Source: an uncultured cyanobacterium
GTDB taxonomy: Bacteria; Cyanobacteriota; Cyanobacteriia; Phormidesmidales; Phormidesmidaceae
DNA: 64,000 nt
Direction of reading: 5' to 3'
NCBI GenBank assembly: GCA_963793265.1
Contig: CAWBZI010000006.1
Coordinates: 256,001-320,000 of the forward strand
Shown here: in pieces, positions 45,714 through 57,108 of the stretch
How positions within the stretch are numbered: position 1 is the first letter of the stretch
Layout of the letters: every line of letters begins with the position of its first letter
The notes under the pieces: model-generated
Seen by the model: only the letters and a program-made list of their open reading frames with translations
What the model was told of the DNA's origin: nothing
Databases searched by the model: none
Made by a program: the position numbers and the translations under genes

Positions 45714-46813
45714 TGAGCGGCTACCTCACTGAAGTCTTTCGCCAGTAGCCGCGTAAACTCACGCGACCCGGCATCGTTGAGATGATCCGCGTCATAGCGA
45801 TGATCGGTGCGGTATAGCTGCGGGAACCGATTAGGATTTTTGTAGGAGAACAAAGTATCGATGAGCCCTAGCTGCTGCGCTGCTTGAAAGTCCTTGGGTA
45901 TGTGCAGCGACGGCGGCTCTACAAAGATAGGCTCAGCGCCCGCCGCGCGAATTATCTGCGAAATGCGAGCAAGCAGCCTTTGCTTATTAGCGCTCAAATA
46001 AGGATCGCTATCCGGCTCAGCTTGAACGGTACTTAAGGTATCGACCTGCGCTGCGTAAGCCGACTGACTTTGTAAAAAGCTTTGCCGATTAGGATCGGCC
46101 TCATCTGAGAGCGCGTAATAGCCTTCGGTCGCCGTAAACTCAGCAGCAACAGCTTGTTCTTCAGCAGAAAAATCGCTTGGCAATACCTGATTAAATAGTC
46201 TGCCAACGTTGAGCTGCTGATAGAGGAACGGTAGGAAATGGCTGGTGAGTAAGACAGCTTTGCTCGGGAGGGATTCGTCCGAGGTAAGGATGTAGTCGGC
46301 AGCGATGCGTGTGTTTTTCCACGTATGCCAGTACATCGCCCGATGGGTGCGCGCGTTGGGGATCGGTTCGTAGCCTTTATCTAAAATTGACTCAAAGAAA
46401 ACCCACTTCAGGTCTTTAGGCGGGTTGGCTAAAACTTCCTCCAACAGCACGGCGCTGTCAATCGCTCGCATGGCAGGAATGCCGAAGTTGTAGCTGTTAA
46501 TGTCTAGGCCGCTTGATTGCGCTACGGTGTCGAACACTTCAGGGATGACGTGGCTGTAGATTCGGCTAGAGCCAAAAAATAACGTGTTGTACTCGTCTTT
46601 GTGCGCCTGGTAGTAGTCGTATTTGGGGCCGATAAAAACGACGTTTGAAGGAATTGAGGGGCTAGGGATGATTTGATTGAGCAGGAAGGCGCTGGCGATA
46701 AAGGCGATTAGAGCGATCGCACTTTGCCTGGCATAGCCTGTCAGCACACCGACCTTGCGATACCGACGCCTGCGGCTATTCACGGTGGGATTCACCACGC
46801 TACCTAACACCAT
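45710..46813 (-). CDS. SGNH-like periplasmic partner of MBOAT (DUF1574/DltD/AlgJ-like)
   Basis: N-terminal TM, FGSSR, YNFG, C-terminal DADHLN; 4-bp overlap with the MBOAT start. Confidence 0.65.
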   Translation of the reverse strand: MVLGSVVNPTVNSRRRRYRKVGVLTGYARQSAIALIAFIASAFLLNQIIPSPSIPSNVVFIGPKYDYYQAHKDEYNTLFFGSSRIYSHVIPEVFDTVAQSSGLDINSYNFGIPAMRAIDSAVLLEEVLANPPKDLKWVFFESILDKGYEPIPNARTHRAMYWHTWKNTRIAADYILTSDESLPSKAVLLTSHFLPFLYQQLNVGRLFNQVLPSDFSAEEQAVAAEFTATEGYYALSDEADPNRQSFLQSQSAYAAQVDTLSTVQAEPDSDPYLSANKQRLLARISQIIRAAGAEPIFVEPPSLHIPKDFQAAQQLGLIDTLFSYKNPNRFPQLYRTDHRYDADHLNDAGSREFTRLLAKDFSEVAAQ

Positions 46814-47049
46814 CGATACACCGAAGCTCCCGTGCAATAAGTTCTCAAGACGCTGAACTTCTTAAGACGCAGGGCAAAAGCCACAGGTTCCAATAGCTGT
46901 GTCTCAAAAATCTGTCTAGAATCCGACGACAGGGCGGCAATACCTACCTATTTGAGCAGTGAACACCGAATGGCGAAACGCTTAGGCTTTTTTACAATAC
47001 ATACATTACGTGAGCTGTTCTGAAGAAGTGCAGGCAAAGGAGGTAGGGT

Positions 47050-49668
47050 ATGCAGCCTAACGATCCCAATAAATTTACTGAGAAGGCATGGAGTGCGATC
47101 GCCCGCACCCCAGATATTGTCAAACAGGCGCAGCAGCAGCAGTTAGAGCCTGAGCATCTGATGCAGGCACTGCTAGAGCAAGAAGGACTAGCGGCCAGCA
47201 TTTTTCAAAAGGTGGGCGTGCCAGTTAGTGCATTGAGCGATCGCACCACCTCCTTTATTAACCAGCAACCCAAAGTTAACGGCAGCGTCGATTCGGTCTA
47301 CTTAGGCAACAACCTCAACACCCTGCTAGATCGCGCCGACAAGTACCGTAAAGACTTTGAAGACGACTACATTTCTATTGAGCATTTAGTGCTTGGCTAC
47401 GTCAAAGACAAGCGCTTTGGCCAAGGCTTACTCAAAGCATTTAACGTTAGCGAACAGGACTTAAAAAAAGCAATTGAACAAATTAGAGGCAATAACAAGG
47501 TGACGGATCAAAATCCCGAAGGCAAATACGAAGCATTAGAAAAATACGGTCGCGATCTGACAGCCTACGCTCGCGAAGGACGGCTAGACCCGGTAATTGG
47601 CCGGGACGATGAAATTCGTCGCACGATTCAGATTTTGTCGCGGCGGACGAAGAATAATCCGGTGCTAATTGGTGAGCCTGGGGTGGGTAAGACTGCGATC
47701 GCAGAAGGCTTAGCTCAGCGAATTGTCAGAGGTGACGTGCCCGCCTCCTTGCAAGATCGCACCTTAATCTCCTTAGATATGGGCTCCTTAATCGCGGGTG
47801 CTAAATACCGAGGCGAATTTGAGGAGCGCTTAAAAGCAGTTCTCAAAGAAGTCACCGAATCTAGCGGCCAAATCGTTCTATTTATTGACGAAATTCACAC
47901 TGTCGTAGGTGCAGGCGCAAGCCAGGGCGCAATGGACGCAGGCAACTTACTCAAGCCGATGCTGGCTAGAGGTGAGCTGCGCTGCATTGGTGCAACCACA
48001 TTAGACGAGTACCGGCAGCACATTGAGAAAGATGCGGCTCTAGAGCGTAGATTCCAACAGGTGTATGTCGATCAGCCCTCCGTGCCTGATACGGTATCGA
48101 TTCTGCGCGGGCTCAAAGAACGCTACGAAGTTCACCATGGCGTGAAGATTGCCGATAGCGCATTAGTAGCAGCAGCGACACTTTCTACGAGATATATCAG
48201 CGACAGGTTTCTTCCTGATAAAGCGATTGACTTAGTAGACGAAGCCGCCGCTAAGCTCAAAATGGAGATTACCTCCAAGCCTGAAGAATTAGACGAAGTA
48301 GATCGTCGAATTCTGCAAATGGAAATGGAACGACTATCGCTACAAAAAGAAAGCGATCCAGCTTCTATGGATAGGCTTAGCGTACTTGAAAAAGAGCTAG
48401 CGGATCTCAAAGAAGAACAAGGCGAGCTGAGCGCTCAATGGCAGTCTGAGAAAGACACTATCGGCAACATTCAGTCGATTAAAGAAGAGATTGACCGGGT
48501 AAATGTCGAAATACAACAGGCCGAGCGCGACGTAGATCTCAACACTGCCGCTGAGCTGAAGTACGGCACCTTGCCAAACTTGCAGGCGAGCTTAGCTAAA
48601 GCAGAAGAAGCCTTAAGTGAGACTCAAGTGAGTGGTAAAACGCTGCTGCGTGAGGAAGTGACTGAAGCTGATATTGCCGAGATTATCTCCAAGTGGACAG
48701 GTATTCCGCTCAGCAAGCTAGTGGCTTCTGAAATGGAGAAGCTGTTGAACTTAGAGAATGAGCTGCACCAGCGTGTGATTGGTCAAGATGAAGCGGTGAC
48801 GGCGGTAGCTGATTCTATTCAGCGATCGCGCGCGGGCCTAGCCGATCCCGATCGCCCCATGGCCAGCTTCATCTTCCTTGGCCCCACAGGCGTTGGTAAA
48901 ACAGAACTTGGCAAAGCCCTCGCCAGCTATCTATTCGATACCGAAGATGCCATCGTCCGCATCGACATGTCCGAATATATGGAGAAGCACTCCGTCTCTC
49001 GCTTAGTCGGTGCCCCTCCCGGCTATGTAGGCTACGACGAAGGCGGTCAGCTCACCGAAGCCGTCCGTCGCCGCCCGTTCTCGGTCATCTTGTTTGATGA
49101 AATAGAAAAAGCCCACCCCGATGTCTTCAACATTCTGTTGCAAGTTCTAGACGACGGTCGCATTACCGACTCCCAAGGTCGCACGGTGGACTTCACCAAC
49201 ACCATCATCATCATGACCAGCAACATCGGCTCCCAATACATCTTGGATATTGCCGGAGACAACAGCCAATACGACGAAATGAACGCTCGTGTCACCGAAG
49301 CTCTGCGTTCAAGCTTCCGACCTGAGTTTCTCAACCGCATTGATGAAATCATCATCTTCCATGCGCTCGAAAAATCTCAGCTCCGCGACATCGTAAAGAT
49401 CCAAATCAAGCGCTTAGAACGTCGCTTGGAAGATCGCAAAATGGCGCTCAAGCTATCCGACGACGCCCTAGACTTCTTAGCCGACGTCGGCTACGACCCC
49501 ACCTATGGCGCACGTCCGCTCAAGCGAGCCATTCAGCGCGAAGTTGAAACCCAAATCGCCAAAGCCATCTTGCGCGGCGAATTCAACACAGGCGACACCA
49601 TCTTCGTGGATGTCGAAAACGAGCGCCTGGCTTTCAAGCGATTGCCTGCTGAGCTAGTTACCGCGTAA
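47050..49668 (+). CDS. clpB: ATP-dependent chaperone ClpB
   Basis: Two AAA+ modules ([16 protein letters not shown]), coiled-coil middle domain, YGARPL. Confidence 0.97.
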   Translation: MQPNDPNKFTEKAWSAIARTPDIVKQAQQQQLEPEHLMQALLEQEGLAASIFQKVGVPVSALSDRTTSFINQQPKVNGSVDSVYLGNNLNTLLDRADKYRKDFEDDYISIEHLVLGYVKDKRFGQGLLKAFNVSEQDLKKAIEQIRGNNKVTDQNPEGKYEALEKYGRDLTAYAREGRLDPVIGRDDEIRRTIQILSRRTKNNPVLIGEPGVGKTAIAEGLAQRIVRGDVPASLQDRTLISLDMGSLIAGAKYRGEFEERLKAVLKEVTESSGQIVLFIDEIHTVVGAGASQGAMDAGNLLKPMLARGELRCIGATTLDEYRQHIEKDAALERRFQQVYVDQPSVPDTVSILRGLKERYEVHHGVKIADSALVAAATLSTRYISDRFLPDKAIDLVDEAAAKLKMEITSKPEELDEVDRRILQMEMERLSLQKESDPASMDRLSVLEKELADLKEEQGELSAQWQSEKDTIGNIQSIKEEIDRVNVEIQQAERDVDLNTAAELKYGTLPNLQASLAKAEEALSETQVSGKTLLREEVTEADIAEIISKWTGIPLSKLVASEMEKLLNLENELHQRVIGQDEAVTAVADSIQRSRAGLADPDRPMASFIFLGPTGVGKTELGKALASYLFDTEDAIVRIDMSEYMEKHSVSRLVGAPPGYVGYDEGGQLTEAVRRRPFSVILFDEIEKAHPDVFNILLQVLDDGRITDSQGRTVDFTNTIIIMTSNIGSQYILDIAGDNSQYDEMNARVTEALRSSFRPEFLNRIDEIIIFHALEKSQLRDIVKIQIKRLERRLEDRKMALKLSDDALDFLADVGYDPTYGARPLKRAIQREVETQIAKAILRGEFNTGDTIFVDVENERLAFKRLPAELVTA

Positions 49669-49705
49669 GCTTCAAGGTAGTAAGACTCGGCCAGCCTATT
49701 AACTC

Positions 49706-49742
49706 AAGCTCCCTGGCTATAGGGATATAGCTGGGGAGCTTT
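49706..49742 (+). terminator. Intrinsic terminator-like hairpin after clpB
   Basis: AAGCTCCCTGGCTATA-ggga-TATAGCTGGGGAGCTT. Confidence 0.7.
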
Positions 49743-49807
49743 GATATGAGACGAGAACAACAAACTCAGCCATAATAAAGCTACTAACCAATAGTCCACT
49801 AAAGTCT

Positions 49808-50083
49808 ATGACAGCCGCCGAAAAGCTTCACCAGCTCATCCAAACCCTCCCAGAGAACCAGATCAACGAAGTCCTTAACTTTGCCGAATTTCTCCATCAA
49901 AAACATCGCTCTACCAAACCTCATGCGGCTCCTCCTGGAACCCTCACTGGCCTTCGGGGCATCGCCAAGCGATATAATTCAATCGAGAAAATGAGAGGTC
50001 TGCTCGAAACAGATCAACCGGCCCCTACTGACCAAGAGATAGCTGACATGCTAGACGAGCGGCGGATGGAGAAATGTCTCTGA
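49808..50083 (+). CDS. DUF2281-family putative antitoxin
   Basis: I..LP.....EVL.FAEFL..K; immediately upstream of a PIN gene. Confidence 0.75.
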   Translation: MTAAEKLHQLIQTLPENQINEVLNFAEFLHQKHRSTKPHAAPPGTLTGLRGIAKRYNSIEKMRGLLETDQPAPTDQEIADMLDERRMEKCL

Positions 50084-50499
50084 TGAGAGTCTTAATTGAC
50101 ACGAATATTATTTTAGACTTTTTGCTACAGCGCGAGCCATTTTACCAAGATGCGAACTTGCTATTTCAGGCCATTGCAGCAGAGCAAATGGATGGTTATG
50201 TCACAGCGACAACGCTAACTGACATTTTCTACATTGCTCGTAAACTTACTGGCAGCCTCGAACTGGCCAGACAGGCAATTCTAGAAACAATGACTGCTAT
50301 GGACGTTTGTCCAGTAGATCGAACCGTTTTAGAAGCTGCTTTTAATTCCCAGCTTCCTGACTTTGAAGATGCTGTTCAAATCTCCAGCGCGGTCATCCAA
50401 AAGCTAGATGCAATTATAACTCGCGATACAAAGGGCTTTACGAGTTCGCCCATTTCAGTCTTGTCTATTCAAGAATTGCTCTCTCGGGCTAGTCAGTAA
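50083..50499 (+). CDS. PIN-domain (VapC-like) toxin
   Basis: VLIDTNIILD, DFEDA.Q, IITRD..GF; TGATG coupling with the antitoxin. Confidence 0.88.
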   Translation: MRVLIDTNIILDFLLQREPFYQDANLLFQAIAAEQMDGYVTATTLTDIFYIARKLTGSLELARQAILETMTAMDVCPVDRTVLEAAFNSQLPDFEDAVQISSAVIQKLDAIITRDTKGFTSSPISVLSIQELLSRASQ

Positions 50500-50642
50500 G
50501 CAGCCGTTCGCTTTATATCACGAGAGCGTTCTGTATGTCCTTACATACATTCCTGCGTGTCGTTTTATTGACGAGCCCTGCCTTCTGTTACGCAAGTCAA
50601 ACCTGATGGGTAACTTAAAAACGATGTAAAGCTTTCCCAGTT

Positions 50643-51248
50643 ATGAGCGCAATCTCCCCGCAGGCCGAAAGATCCTACACAAACGTTATGGAAAGGCTTG
50701 TTGCCGAAGAAGTTGAGCGCCAGAAAGCGAAACTTCCTCCAAAGCTACGCGAATACATCAAAACGGTTGAGGTAGAAACCTACGCTCTTAATCGCCTGCC
50801 CGCCCTTTATGCCTCTAGTGAAAAAGGCTGGCAAATGCAGTATGAAAAAGCCGCTAAAGCCCATGCCAAAACGGTTGCACAGGCCGTTCGCCAGGGTATT
50901 GCGGCTGTTCAGGTAGATCCGCTACGAGCCTCTCAGCCGTTATCTGTTCGCCAAAACGACGAGTCCGAAGCAATTCTTACCACCTTTCGCAATATGCTTA
51001 ATCAGCCAGATTTGGGCTGGGAAGACATTTTATACAAGTGCAAGCGCATTTTACTGCCACGCAACCATCCCGACCGCCCGCCGCTTAGAGACGAGTCGCA
51101 GCACAAAGCCTATTGGCAACCTGGCGCATATGGAGGTGCAACAGATTGGGAGAAAACGCAGCAGCGTCGTCATCCGAAAAGAGGTAGTGCCCTTGCCGAT
51201 CAAAAAGAGGGCGCGAAGAACGCTTGGTCAGAGCAGTACAAAATCTAG
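50643..51248 (+). CDS. ComFB family protein (CdgR-like cyclic-dinucleotide receptor family)
   Basis: NVME.LV.EEV, YALNRLP.LYASS..GW, AV..DP. Confidence 0.8.
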   Translation: MSAISPQAERSYTNVMERLVAEEVERQKAKLPPKLREYIKTVEVETYALNRLPALYASSEKGWQMQYEKAAKAHAKTVAQAVRQGIAAVQVDPLRASQPLSVRQNDESEAILTTFRNMLNQPDLGWEDILYKCKRILLPRNHPDRPPLRDESQHKAYWQPGAYGGATDWEKTQQRRHPKRGSALADQKEGAKNAWSEQYKI

Positions 51249-51291
51249 ACTTTGTTCTGTTCTAGATCTGAAGGCTATTGGTCTTAAGAGC

Positions 51292-52512
51292 TTAGATTCT
51301 ATCCAAACCCAAATCTTTCATACCTTGGCGAATGCGATCGCCCCCCATCGGATCTTCTTTTTCTATCAGCGCGATCGCTCTCTCAAATGCCCGCTTACTC
51401 TCCGGCAGCTTACCTAGCTTAAAGAGCACCACCGCCAAGTTTTGATAGGCCGCGCCATAGTTAGGATCAAGGACAATCGCATACTCATAGGCCCGCAGCG
51501 CAGGCTCTAAATATCCTCTAGCCCGATGCACCACGCCTAAGTTGAAGTAGGTAATCGGCTGCTTCGGATCAATCCGCGCTGCCACCTCATACTGCGATAG
51601 GGCCCCCGCCAAATCACCCTTCATTTTTAGCAGTGCGCCCAGGTTTAGATGCGCGCCTAGCTTTAGTCTGCCAGCGATTGGGAGTGCGATCGCCTTGCGA
51701 TAGTCCGCCTCAGCCGTTTCGATCTGCCCTAGATGCCGTCGCGCAATCCCTAAGTGGTAGTGCAGCTCATACTGCGTCATCGGATCAAAATTGCCTGAGC
51801 GTAGCGCTAGGGTGAGCGTTGAGATCGCCTTTTCCCACTCATCGCTCTGCGTATACAGCGCCCCCAGCTTATTGGCCATATAGGCGTCTTGCGGATGCGC
51901 CTGAAAATGCGCTTCCATAATCCGCCGCGCCCGAGCCAGCTTGTCTTTGGCCGCCACCTCAGTCACGCTATAGCCCGTATGGTCAATCGCCACATCGCCA
52001 AACTGCGCCACCTGCCAATGCTTTTGTGCCGACAGCAACGCCTCTACGCTCTCATCTACACTCTCGTGATAGGGCCGAATAAACTTGAGCTGTTCATGAT
52101 TGCGAAATAGCCGCGACACCATCGTATAGGGCGACTGATTCGCCCCAATTTCTCGGCGCATCATCGTCACCATCAGCAGATCGGCTGGGTCAACCTGGCC
52201 CAAAGGCTTCTCTTTTTTAATTGACTGGATCAACTGTCGTCCCGCCTGCGTCAGCGTCTCATCCGCATCCAGTATCAAAATCCAGTCTTTCGTCGCCCGA
52301 TCAAGCGACACATTACGAGCGTGAGCAAAATCATCGCCCCAAATCAAAAAGTCTACCTTCGCCCCAGCCGCTTCCGCAATCGTCGGCGTCGCATCCCCCG
52401 AGCCGGTATCGATCACCACCATCTCATCAACCAAATCTTTCACACTCGCCAAGCATCGAGGCAGATTTTTCGCCTCGTCTTTTACAATCATGCAAAGGCT
52501 GATGGTGGCCAT
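51292..52512 (-). CDS. GT2 glycosyltransferase with TPR repeats
   Basis: ISLCMIVKDE, DTGS.D.T, FA.ARN, LDADE; C-terminal TPRs. Confidence 0.9.
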   Translation of the reverse strand: MATISLCMIVKDEAKNLPRCLASVKDLVDEMVVIDTGSGDATPTIAEAAGAKVDFLIWGDDFAHARNVSLDRATKDWILILDADETLTQAGRQLIQSIKKEKPLGQVDPADLLMVTMMRREIGANQSPYTMVSRLFRNHEQLKFIRPYHESVDESVEALLSAQKHWQVAQFGDVAIDHTGYSVTEVAAKDKLARARRIMEAHFQAHPQDAYMANKLGALYTQSDEWEKAISTLTLALRSGNFDPMTQYELHYHLGIARRHLGQIETAEADYRKAIALPIAGRLKLGAHLNLGALLKMKGDLAGALSQYEVAARIDPKQPITYFNLGVVHRARGYLEPALRAYEYAIVLDPNYGAAYQNLAVVLFKLGKLPESKRAFERAIALIEKEDPMGGDRIRQGMKDLGLDRI

Positions 52513-52587
52513 GGCTGCTAGTATCTCTGGTGTTAGTGCCTTGCTATGATATAGCTGCTAGCGACTTGTATCAGCTATCAATCAGTA

Positions 52588-54000
52588 CTAGGTAGACTGC
52601 TCTAATAAAGACTTCGCCCGCTCTAGCGCTATATTCACTTGCTTAAAGCCGGTACCGCCTGCGCTATTGCGAGCAGATACCACCTGGGCAGGGGCGATCG
52701 CCTCATAAATATCCACCTCAAACGCCGGGTGCAAATCCTGCCATTCTTCCAAACTCAAATCCTTCAGCAGCTTACCTGCTGCCAAAGACGTTTTCACCAC
52801 CTTACCGACCAGGTTATAAGCCTCACGAAACGGCACGTCTTTAGTCACTAAATAGTCCGCTACATCTGTTGCATTAGAAAAGTCTTCAGCCACCGCCTGA
52901 TTCAGCCGCTCTTTGCGAAACGTAATGCCCTCTTGCAACAAAATTGTCATCGCCTCCAAGCAGCCCGACACCGTTTTCACCGTATCAAAAATGGCCTCTT
53001 TATCTTCTTGCAAATCTTTGTTGTAAGCCAGCGGCAAGCCTTTCATCATCACCAGCAGCCCCTGCAAGTGCCCAAACACGCGGCCCGTCTTCCCTCTCAC
53101 CAGCTCAGGAATATCAGGATTCTTCTTCTGCGGCATAATGCTCGATCCAGTTGAGCAAGTATCGCCTAAGGTAACAAAGCGAAACTCTTCAGACGCCCAG
53201 AAAATAATCTCTTCTGATAGGCGCGACAGGTGCACCATAATCAGGCTCGCCGCCGCTGAGAACTCAATCGCAAAATCTCGGTCGCTTACCCCGTCCAAAC
53301 TGTTGTGGTAGATGTCATCAAACCCCAACAGTTTGGCCGAATAATGTCGATCGATTGGAAATGTCGTCCCGGCTAGTGCGCCACTGCCTAGCGGCGAAAT
53401 ATTAACTCGCTTGAGCACATCACCTAGCCGAGCCCAGTCCCGCTGCGTCATTTCAAAATAGGCCAGCAGATGATGTGCCAAACTCAACGGCTGCGCTCTT
53501 TGCAAATGCGTATAGCCAGGAATGAGCGTTTCAACATTCTCATCAGCAAGTGCAACAATTGCCTGCTGAAAGCCCTTGATTTTCTCTCGAATCTGTTCAA
53601 TTTGCCCGCGCAAATATAGCCGCAAATCTGTGCCTACCTGATCGTTCCGCGACCTGGCCGTATGTAGCTTCTTCCCGCCTGCTCCAATCAGCTCAATCAG
53701 CCGGTGCTCCACGGCAAAATGGACATCTTCTTCGTCCACACCCGGATTGAACTGACCGTTGCGGTATTCAGTGCGAATGGTTTCTAGTCCTGAAACAATT
53801 TGCTCGCATTCAGTATCGGAGAGAATGCCGACTTTGTTGAGCATTTTGGCATGGGCTACAGAGCCGGTTAGGTCACATTCTAAAAGCTGAATGTCGAAGC
53901 CGATACTGGCGTTGAACTGTGCGATCGCTGGATGCAGCGCTGATTCAAAACGTTGGCTCCAGGTTTGACCTGGGGCCTGACTTTGGGTCTGAGTCTCCAC
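52588..54000 (-). CDS. argH: Argininosuccinate lyase
   Basis: [31 protein letters not shown]. Confidence 0.97.
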   Translation of the reverse strand: METQTQSQAPGQTWSQRFESALHPAIAQFNASIGFDIQLLECDLTGSVAHAKMLNKVGILSDTECEQIVSGLETIRTEYRNGQFNPGVDEEDVHFAVEHRLIELIGAGGKKLHTARSRNDQVGTDLRLYLRGQIEQIREKIKGFQQAIVALADENVETLIPGYTHLQRAQPLSLAHHLLAYFEMTQRDWARLGDVLKRVNISPLGSGALAGTTFPIDRHYSAKLLGFDDIYHNSLDGVSDRDFAIEFSAAASLIMVHLSRLSEEIIFWASEEFRFVTLGDTCSTGSSIMPQKKNPDIPELVRGKTGRVFGHLQGLLVMMKGLPLAYNKDLQEDKEAIFDTVKTVSGCLEAMTILLQEGITFRKERLNQAVAEDFSNATDVADYLVTKDVPFREAYNLVGKVVKTSLAAGKLLKDLSLEEWQDLHPAFEVDIYEAIAPAQVVSARNSAGGTGFKQVNIALERAKSLLEQST

Positions 54001-54110
54001 TATTCGCTCACGCTCCTACATACCGATATTGCAGAAGGCATGTCTCAAAACACACCTAAGCTCACCATACATTAGCAGCTTGCGAGAAAATGCGATCGCC
54101 TCTGGTCACC

Positions 54111-54326
54111 CTAACCGTAAGAAGAAAATGACTTAAAGGCGTAGCCAAGGGCCACCCCAATCAGCATCGCCCATAGCTGTCCCGACTCATAAAAGCCACC
54201 CAGCATATTGCCTGTCGTTCCAATCAAATCTTGGTCAAAATACTGCCCAACTACAGGCGTCCCAATCTGGCTGCTAAGCGTTGCAGATGTCTCAAGCTGC
54301 GCCGAGTAAAATTCAAAAGGTTCCAT
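54111..54326 (-). CDS. Small hypothetical membrane protein
   Basis: F.ESGQ.WA...G..LGY.F...SYG C-terminus typical of a small cyanobacterial family; ATG at 54326. Confidence 0.6.
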   Translation of the reverse strand: MEPFEFYSAQLETSATLSSQIGTPVVGQYFDQDLIGTTGNMLGGFYESGQLWAMLIGVALGYAFKSFSSYG

Positions 54327-54477
54327 ACTTTTCCGGGGTGCTTGCGTTTGCAAAAATATCTAGTAAGACACCCAACAACGTACCCATAGCCCTCGACAGA
54401 TGTAACAGATAGACCAACTATTTTTGACGTCTGTCAATATTGATGGGGGCGTCATGGTCATGCGCCCTCCGGCTGAG

Positions 54478-55950
54478 CTAAACGCCCAAGGGTAAGCTAC
54501 AGGAAAGCTGTCTAAACTCCGCCTGCTGCGTCACGCGCATCACCACCAGCGTCGTATCGTCTTCCGCCTCTCGATCCGAGCCAACAAAGCGCTGAAGCAT
54601 CGAAAACAAATACTCCAAAATATCATCAGAGCTAGGCAAGTTTCGGCAGGCCCACGAAAAAGACTCAATCAAATTGTCTTCATCAAACCGCTGTCCGCTG
54701 CGATCAGAAGCTTCTGTAAAGCCATCTGTGTAGTAAATCACCGTATCGCCAGGCTGTAACTGCACCTGATTTTCTTGATAGCGCGTGTCCATATCAAGAC
54801 CTAGCAGCATACCGTCAGCGTCTAATCGAACTATCTGACCCGTTGCAGCCTGCCACAGCAGCGGCGGGTTATGGGCGGCGTTTCCATACGAAAGCACCTG
54901 CGTTCGCGGATCGTACTGCGCGCAAAACAGCGTCACAAACCGATTTGAGCTTTCTAAGTCAGTCCGCATCACCCAGTTAAGATGCTGTAGCAGATGACTC
55001 GGCGAATGACTGTTAAGCACCTCAGCTCTGAGCATTCCTCTCAGCATCGTCATCATCAAACCCGCCGGAACGCCTTTGCCCATCACATCGCCAATCGCAA
55101 AGTTCCAGGGTTGCTCTCTTGAAGCCGGGTCTTCGGGTTTTCTAAGCTGCTCGTATGTCGTCGGAATAAAATCGTAATAGTCGCCGCCTACCTTATTGGC
55201 CGTATTGCATCGAGCGGCCAAATCGACCCCTTCAATCGTCGGACACTGACGGGGCAATAGCTGCGCCTGGATCTCAGCACCTAACTCTAGCTCTCGATCC
55301 ATTCTTTCTTTATGCCGCAGCTCGTTCGTCAGCTCGTTGTTTTCAATCGCAACTGCCGTTTGGTCAGCGACTAAGCGCACCAGCTTTTGTCGAGTTTCGC
55401 TCCAGGTATAGTCACCTTCCTGGCTAAACACATACAGCCGACCACGCTCCACGTTCTGCACGATAATTGCCGTGCCAAATATTTGACAATTAGCCCCTAA
55501 ATACTTCCCTGCCTGACGATCTAGCGACATCATTGTTGCATGGGTAATCGCCATTGCCTCTTCCGCCGTTGCCCGAGAAGAGGCAATCGTTGCCGTAATT
55601 TGGCGGGTGGCCATCTCTAGAGCCAGGCGTACGTCTTGACAATCACCCGTGCCCGCCGTTTCGTTGACACAGTGAATCTGCTCTAGCCGCAGCTGGCCGT
55701 CGGGCTGAAACATGACCAAAGCGCCGCCCGAAGCATCGGTAACGCGACTGGCGATCATCGGAATAAGTTCTAGAAACTGACTGAGGTTGTTGAGGCTACG
55801 AAGCGCGAAGCCTAGCGAACCCAAGAGATCCTGAATTTTTGACTGCTCTCGTTGTAGCCGAGAAACCAACTCTCTCAAGGCGTAGACAGAAGTGCTGTTG
55901 GGTACCGCGGAAGGGTGAGTCAAAGTGGGGTGGGGTAGCGAGTTTGGCAT
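54478..55950 (-). CDS. GAF + SpoIIE/PP2C (RsbU-like) phosphatase
   Basis: VGGDYYD, GDVMGKG, NAAH.PP, YTDG, DDTT. Confidence 0.9.
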   Translation of the reverse strand: MPNSLPHPTLTHPSAVPNSTSVYALRELVSRLQREQSKIQDLLGSLGFALRSLNNLSQFLELIPMIASRVTDASGGALVMFQPDGQLRLEQIHCVNETAGTGDCQDVRLALEMATRQITATIASSRATAEEAMAITHATMMSLDRQAGKYLGANCQIFGTAIIVQNVERGRLYVFSQEGDYTWSETRQKLVRLVADQTAVAIENNELTNELRHKERMDRELELGAEIQAQLLPRQCPTIEGVDLAARCNTANKVGGDYYDFIPTTYEQLRKPEDPASREQPWNFAIGDVMGKGVPAGLMMTMLRGMLRAEVLNSHSPSHLLQHLNWVMRTDLESSNRFVTLFCAQYDPRTQVLSYGNAAHNPPLLWQAATGQIVRLDADGMLLGLDMDTRYQENQVQLQPGDTVIYYTDGFTEASDRSGQRFDEDNLIESFSWACRNLPSSDDILEYLFSMLQRFVGSDREAEDDTTLVVMRVTQQAEFRQLSCSLPLGV

Positions 55951-56277
55951 AGCGCTTCTGCTAGGAACTGGGTGACGACTTCTCTGATGAATGAGAATTT
56001 GAAGGAGAGAGACACCTAGACTGCATGGAAGAACGTGAGTGGTAAAGGATAGAACTTATGAGTTGCTTTAGTTCGGATTAAGTAAACCCAGCTAGCACGG
56101 CGTAACTGTCAAAATTAGCCATCACGATAGCATCTCGTTGGTATGAGTCAAGCATCTGTAGCAATAGATCAGCTAAATACCGCAGATAGTTATCAAAGTT
56201 CGTCACTTTTATATGTACGCACAGCGTTTGCTTGCAGACGTGAGTCAATCGTGAGAGTACGACAGGCTAAGGCTGTC

Positions 56278-57108
56278 TTATGCTTTTGGCTTATGCATCT
56301 TCTGAGGCACCTTTTGAGATAGCGATCGCCTGCAAAATCGAATCACCTCACTAATAACATCAGTCTGCCGGGGATAGCTCACGACCGGGCGCTGAATCAA
56401 AACCAAGCGAATGCCCAGTTCAGCGGCCACCTGCCTTTTAGTATCTTCACCACTAGGACGACCAGAGGCTTTGGCCACCACCCGCGAGATCCGCCACTGC
56501 CGCCACAGCGCTTTTTCTAACGCAGGTGATACTGGGGGCCGAAGGGCGATGATTTCTGACGGGGCGAATCCGGCAGCGAGGGTGCAGGCGATCGCATCAG
56601 CAGAGGGCAGTATCCTAGCAAATAGTCGCGAAGTTTGCCGTAAAGTTGCAAACCGAGATAAATATCTATACCCCAAAGTGAACAAAACTCTCTGGTGGCA
56701 AAGCAAATCGCTCTCTAGTAAAGAATCAATAGAATCGACAAAAACTACGGTATCGTCCGCTGCCTGCTCACAGCTCGAACCAGTGCTAGAAAGATTAGAG
56801 CGCTCGTAGCGGAGGTAGGGAATAGGCGGTGTAAGCGACTCAGCGAGTGTGATCGCCTGCCGAGACACCTCACAGGCAAACGGATGCGAGGCATCTAAAA
56901 TACATTCAATTTGCTGCTGCTGAACGAACGCGCTCATCGCCTCAGGCGTCAGCTTCCCGACGCGCACCTGAGCTGTTGGGTCATATAGCGCTTTGGCCGC
57001 AGCGGTTGTGACGGTCACCACGTAAGGCATTTTTTGGTCGGACAGGGCGATCGCGAGTTCGGCACTTTCACTTGTGCCACCAATTAGCCAAACAGATTTT
57101 AAGGCCAC
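56278..57108 (-). CDS. cobK: Cobalt-precorrin-6A reductase
   Basis: IGGTSE, DASHPFA, RYER, RILP, KASG, IQRP. Confidence 0.88.
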   Translation of the reverse strand: MALKSVWLIGGTSESAELAIALSDQKMPYVVTVTTAAAKALYDPTAQVRVGKLTPEAMSAFVQQQQIECILDASHPFACEVSRQAITLAESLTPPIPYLRYERSNLSSTGSSCEQAADDTVVFVDSIDSLLESDLLCHQRVLFTLGYRYLSRFATLRQTSRLFARILPSADAIACTLAAGFAPSEIIALRPPVSPALEKALWRQWRISRVVAKASGRPSGEDTKRQVAAELGIRLVLIQRPVVSYPRQTDVISEVIRFCRRSLSQKVPQKMHKPKA

